64,000 nt of DNA from the human T2T-CHM13v2.0 reference genome, Homo sapiens: assembly GCF_009914755.1 (NCBI RefSeq), contig NC_060932.1, one strand, 5' to 3'. Numbering within the stretch: position 1 is the first letter of the stretch; each line of letters begins with the position of its first letter. This document shows positions 60,367-64,000 of the stretch, piece by piece. The notes under the pieces are model-generated. The model saw only the letters and a list, made by a program, of their open reading frames with translations. It searched no databases and was not told the DNA's origin. A program made the translations under genes and the position numbers.

Positions 60367-61299
60367 TCATTTTGAACAGTTAGAATCTTCTAGGAGTGAA
60401 GTCTGTTAACCCTATCAGCCAGTACTGCAAACGTGTGGGGGTCCACATTGGCACATCAAAATTCAGTTCCAAGAACTTCTGTTACAAAGGAAAAGGACAA
60501 TCCATATGTGACATGTTCTCTGCAGCAGAGGCTGCCCACAGGTCCTAACTGCAGGTGTGCGAGCCAGCAGCTAACCCTGGGAAACCCACACTGCCTTCAG
60601 GAAAAACAATGTGCCTGCGGGGGGGTCAGTCACAGCACACAAGGCCTCAGCCATGTGGCCTGGAGCGCATCATTGACTCCTCCCATACTGTTTCCTCAAA
60701 CATAAGAGATTGAATTAAATGATCTCTAAGGGCCATGTCTGGGAGGAAAAGCCATGATTATTCTGTGATTACTTAGTGGATTTCAGGGAACTCAGTGGCA
60801 TATAAGGGTTTTTTTGTTGTTGTTAATTACTGCTGTGATAAATGACATACTTGGAACATTATTAGTGCAATAATCAGGTGCTAGACAGCACACAACATAC
60901 TCCTAATATTTTCTCTCGGGTCTTACAAAGTACAGACTGACATAGCAGAGATGATCAGTGTGTGAAGTAAGTCCCTTAATGAGAATTAGCTCTTTTTATG
61001 ACAAGCCACATTTTGGTCACATCTCTTCATTGGCTCTCAGCCAGGGGGAAAAATTATTTGAGCTCAAGATAGGAAACATTACAAAAATTAATAAAATATT
61101 ACAGCAGCTTTAATGGATGTTATTACCTTAGGGGTTGGGGGATGGGTGGTTAAATACACAGTGTGACCCCTGAATCATCTGCGCATAAGAGAACTACATG
61201 AGTGCATATTGCAAGCAGTTTCCTGCATGTGTTTGCCAACCAAAATACGAGTGCTAAGTTCACACTAAGCTCCGGCTTTTGAAAGAAATTCAAGGCTGA

Positions 61300-61427
61300 T
61301 GAAAGAAAGAAAGAGAGAAAGACAGACAGAGAGACAGGGGTGGAAGGGGAAGGGAGGGAGGGACGGAGGAAGGAAGGAAGGAAGGAAGGAAGGAAGGAAG
61401 GAAGGAAGGAAAGGAAGGAAGGAAGGA
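61300..61427. repeat. Purine-rich tract with (GGAA)n microsatellite
   Basis: 11 consecutive GGAA from 61368, one extra A, then 3 more. Confidence 0.95.
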
Positions 61428-61549
61428 TAATGGTTATTTAATGGTTATTTAAAAGTGGACAAAATTATAGACATGACATGTATTTCAAATTAGAAGACTG
61501 TACTAATTAGGTTAAACAGCTAAAGGCAAAGTTGTGGAGACATTAGGGA

Positions 61550-62287
61550 GACAAAAAGAAAACTTCAATAAAAACTACTAAAAGACTTACAGAAAACAGA
61601 GAAGCTATTAGATTCATGGAAAAAGAACAAGGTGCTATACAAAAAGAACATTAAAGAGAACAACAAATACTCTTGGAAATTAAAATATGAGAGCAGAAAT
61701 TACACACACTCAGTAAAAGTTTTGAAAATGAAAGTTGAGGAAATCTTGCAGAAATTGGAACAAAAAGACAAAGAGATAGGAAATGGGGGGAGAATAAAAT
61801 TAGAAAACAGTCCTAGGCATGAAATAAGAGAGGGAGAAGGAGGAAGGGAGAGAGAGAAAAAAAAGAGAGAGCAGATACATCATCAAAAAAATAATTTAAG
61901 AACATTTTTCAGAACTTAAGAACACAGGTGTTCAACCTAAACAGGCTGACAACTGAGAACAATGAAACAGGCCCACCAACGCAAATCATCAAGAAATTTC
62001 AGAAGACTAAAGAGAAGATTATATAAGCTTGAGAGAGGAATAAATCCATTTCACACAAAGGGTCAAGAAGAGAATGACACTGCACTTCTCAGCAATAACA
62101 GCTGAAGGTAGAAGACACAGGAGTATGGCCAGAAACATTCTCTAAGCAAAAATAACATACAATCTAGAATCCCATGCCCCAATCACACTGAGAGGTAAAA
62201 TGTTCAAGCATGAAACTATCAAAACAAAACCAAAATGAAACACTCCCACAATGCACTCTTCCTCAGGAAGCTGTTGGAGAATATCCC
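61550..62287 (+). mobile_element. HAL1/old L1 ORF1-like remnant
   Basis: ORF 61632-61919 (KVEEILQKLEQKDKEI) resembles an L1 ORF1 coiled coil; downstream 'cacttctcagcaataaca...gaagac' motif. Confidence 0.6.
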
Positions 62288-62901
62288 TGTGAGGGTTACT
62301 GAGCAAATGTCTCCTAGCTTTAACTTCCCCTTCCTCCTTCCTCGGATGCTGGGCTGGACTCTACAACCATTATTTCTCCTTTTGCAGTGGGCTCCATGCC
62401 AGTCTCTGCCAACAGGGGGCACCAGCAAGAGAGGCTGCAAGGCTGGAGGAGGAAGAAGGGATGTGTTCCTGTTGGCTTCTTGTTTCTGTAAGTTTCATCC
62501 CAACTTAATGGTTCTCACCTGGGTAGCAACAGTTAGTTCCAGTTGGCAGGTTTTATAAATTATCCTTTCAGAGATAAAAGCTTTAATCGGTGCCCACTCC
62601 TCAGAGGTATGAATCCCAGCAAGGTCTCCCCTCTAAGCTCCAGAGCCACCAATATTGGCTGAACAATGCTCCTTTCCCCAGGGTTCTGGATCTCAGCTTG
62701 GCAGGAACCCCTCTCTGAGCCTTCCTAATTGTTCCTTTATTTTCTCAGTCCTATTAGTAGCATCTGTTTCCTGTACTCCCTTTCTCTGTGATACCTTACG
62801 TTTTGCCTTTTTTAGTTTACTTAAAATTCACTATATGAGATCTTCCCTGTTAAAATAATTTGGTGTGCTTTCTGCCTCTTGACTGGAGCATGACTGATAC
62901 A
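62288..62901 (+). mobile_element. Probable ERVL-class LTR
   Basis: TG start; 3' end 'ctttctgcctcttgactggagcatgactgataca'. Confidence 0.4.
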
Positions 62902-63869
62902 ATGCTTCCCTAGAATGATGGAGCAAGTCGTGAAGGAGGAAGGCATGGGATCCAGGAATGAGATCCATACAAAAGTGGAAATATTTAAGAGGATGAAGAG
63001 AAACACCATGACAATAGCCATGCAGCTGACCTAGAGACCAACTTGTCCATTTTAGAGCAAAACAGAGGGCTCTCAGAAAGATTTCTTCAAGAAGATGAAA
63101 ATCACAAAATACTTCATATGCTTAAATATACTGAGAAGAGATTTATGTTGCTGAAGGAAAGTTTGGGATTGAATAATCAGAACGTAAAGACTAAACAAAG
63201 AAAAACAAATGAAGAAAGAAGGTACTTACAATGCCAGGGAAAAACGAATGCTAGGCAGCTAAGGATGAGTTGTCCTCACTGTCCCTGTCTCTGCTATGAA
63301 TAGCTTTTTCATGGACGTAATAATGTAACTACTTATGATTGATCTCATTTGAATTTTACTACATATACATAGGGAGGTTTGGAAAATGTAAAATGTGTGT
63401 TTGCATGTAAAAGAGGTCACATTTGCATGTGAAAGAAAGCAAAATCCTCATTTTTCAAAGGGGGAAAGTCAGTATATAAGGACTAAACTGAAAAAAAGTA
63501 AAATTAAGAAGCTCACTTGTACAATGATAGGAATAATAATAATAATTGAGTCTGCCTTCACGGTTGTCAACATCAAATGAATTAATACATATATAGCATT
63601 TAGAACAGTGCCTGACCAATGGTAAGAGCCATGCAAGTGTTTGTTGAGTGAATGAGCCATATGAATAATATAGGTAAACTTTTCTTTAGGTCTCACCGAA
63701 GGAACTTAAAACTGCATTTCTATTGCATTTCACCCATAGCTCAAAACAAGCAAGTACCTGAAAATTGTTTATTTTCTTGCTCCTCTTCTAGAAATCACCA
63801 GTGATGAAAAAAGATGATGCAATGAATCAAGTTTTTTCAGAATTTTAAGGGAGAATTAAGAAACATCAG

Positions 63870-64000
63870 GAATGGTACCTGGAGTTAGCCAAACTGCCAG
63901 GTGAAGGGCATGATCCTCCAGACTGCCAGTGCTGCCCAAGACTTCTGACCCCAAAGATGAAGAATTAGGGTCCAATGACAAAGTTAGAGGGAAGAGCCCA
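63870..64000 (+). mobile_element. Possible MER21-like LTR start
   Basis: 'tacctggagttagc...gaagggcatgatcctccagactgcc...acttctgacc'. Confidence 0.35.

Overview
Primate (probably catarrhine, human-like) repeat-rich genomic DNA, AT-rich, with no recognisable intact protein-coding gene. Main contents: a full-length, inactivated L1PA5/6-type LINE-1 on the minus strand (23547-29715) carrying a ~108-bp 3' transduction inside a 17-bp target-site duplication (TSD); a full-length processed SRSF3 pseudogene (minus, ~42655-44033) inserted with TSDs into a MIR; about 14 Alu/FLAM elements; many older L1M, L2, MIR, MaLR/ERVL LTR and DNA-transposon (MADE1, MER82, Charlie-like) remnants; and microsatellites. 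Notable structures: two apparent twin-primed (5'-inverted) L1MA insertions, a ~199-bp local templated duplication, a closely spaced inverted Alu pair, and a speculative spliced plus-strand transcript that could encode an 85-aa microprotein. Repeat subfamilies and the SRSF3 comparison come from recalled consensus sequences, not from a search; boundaries of old repeats are approximate.
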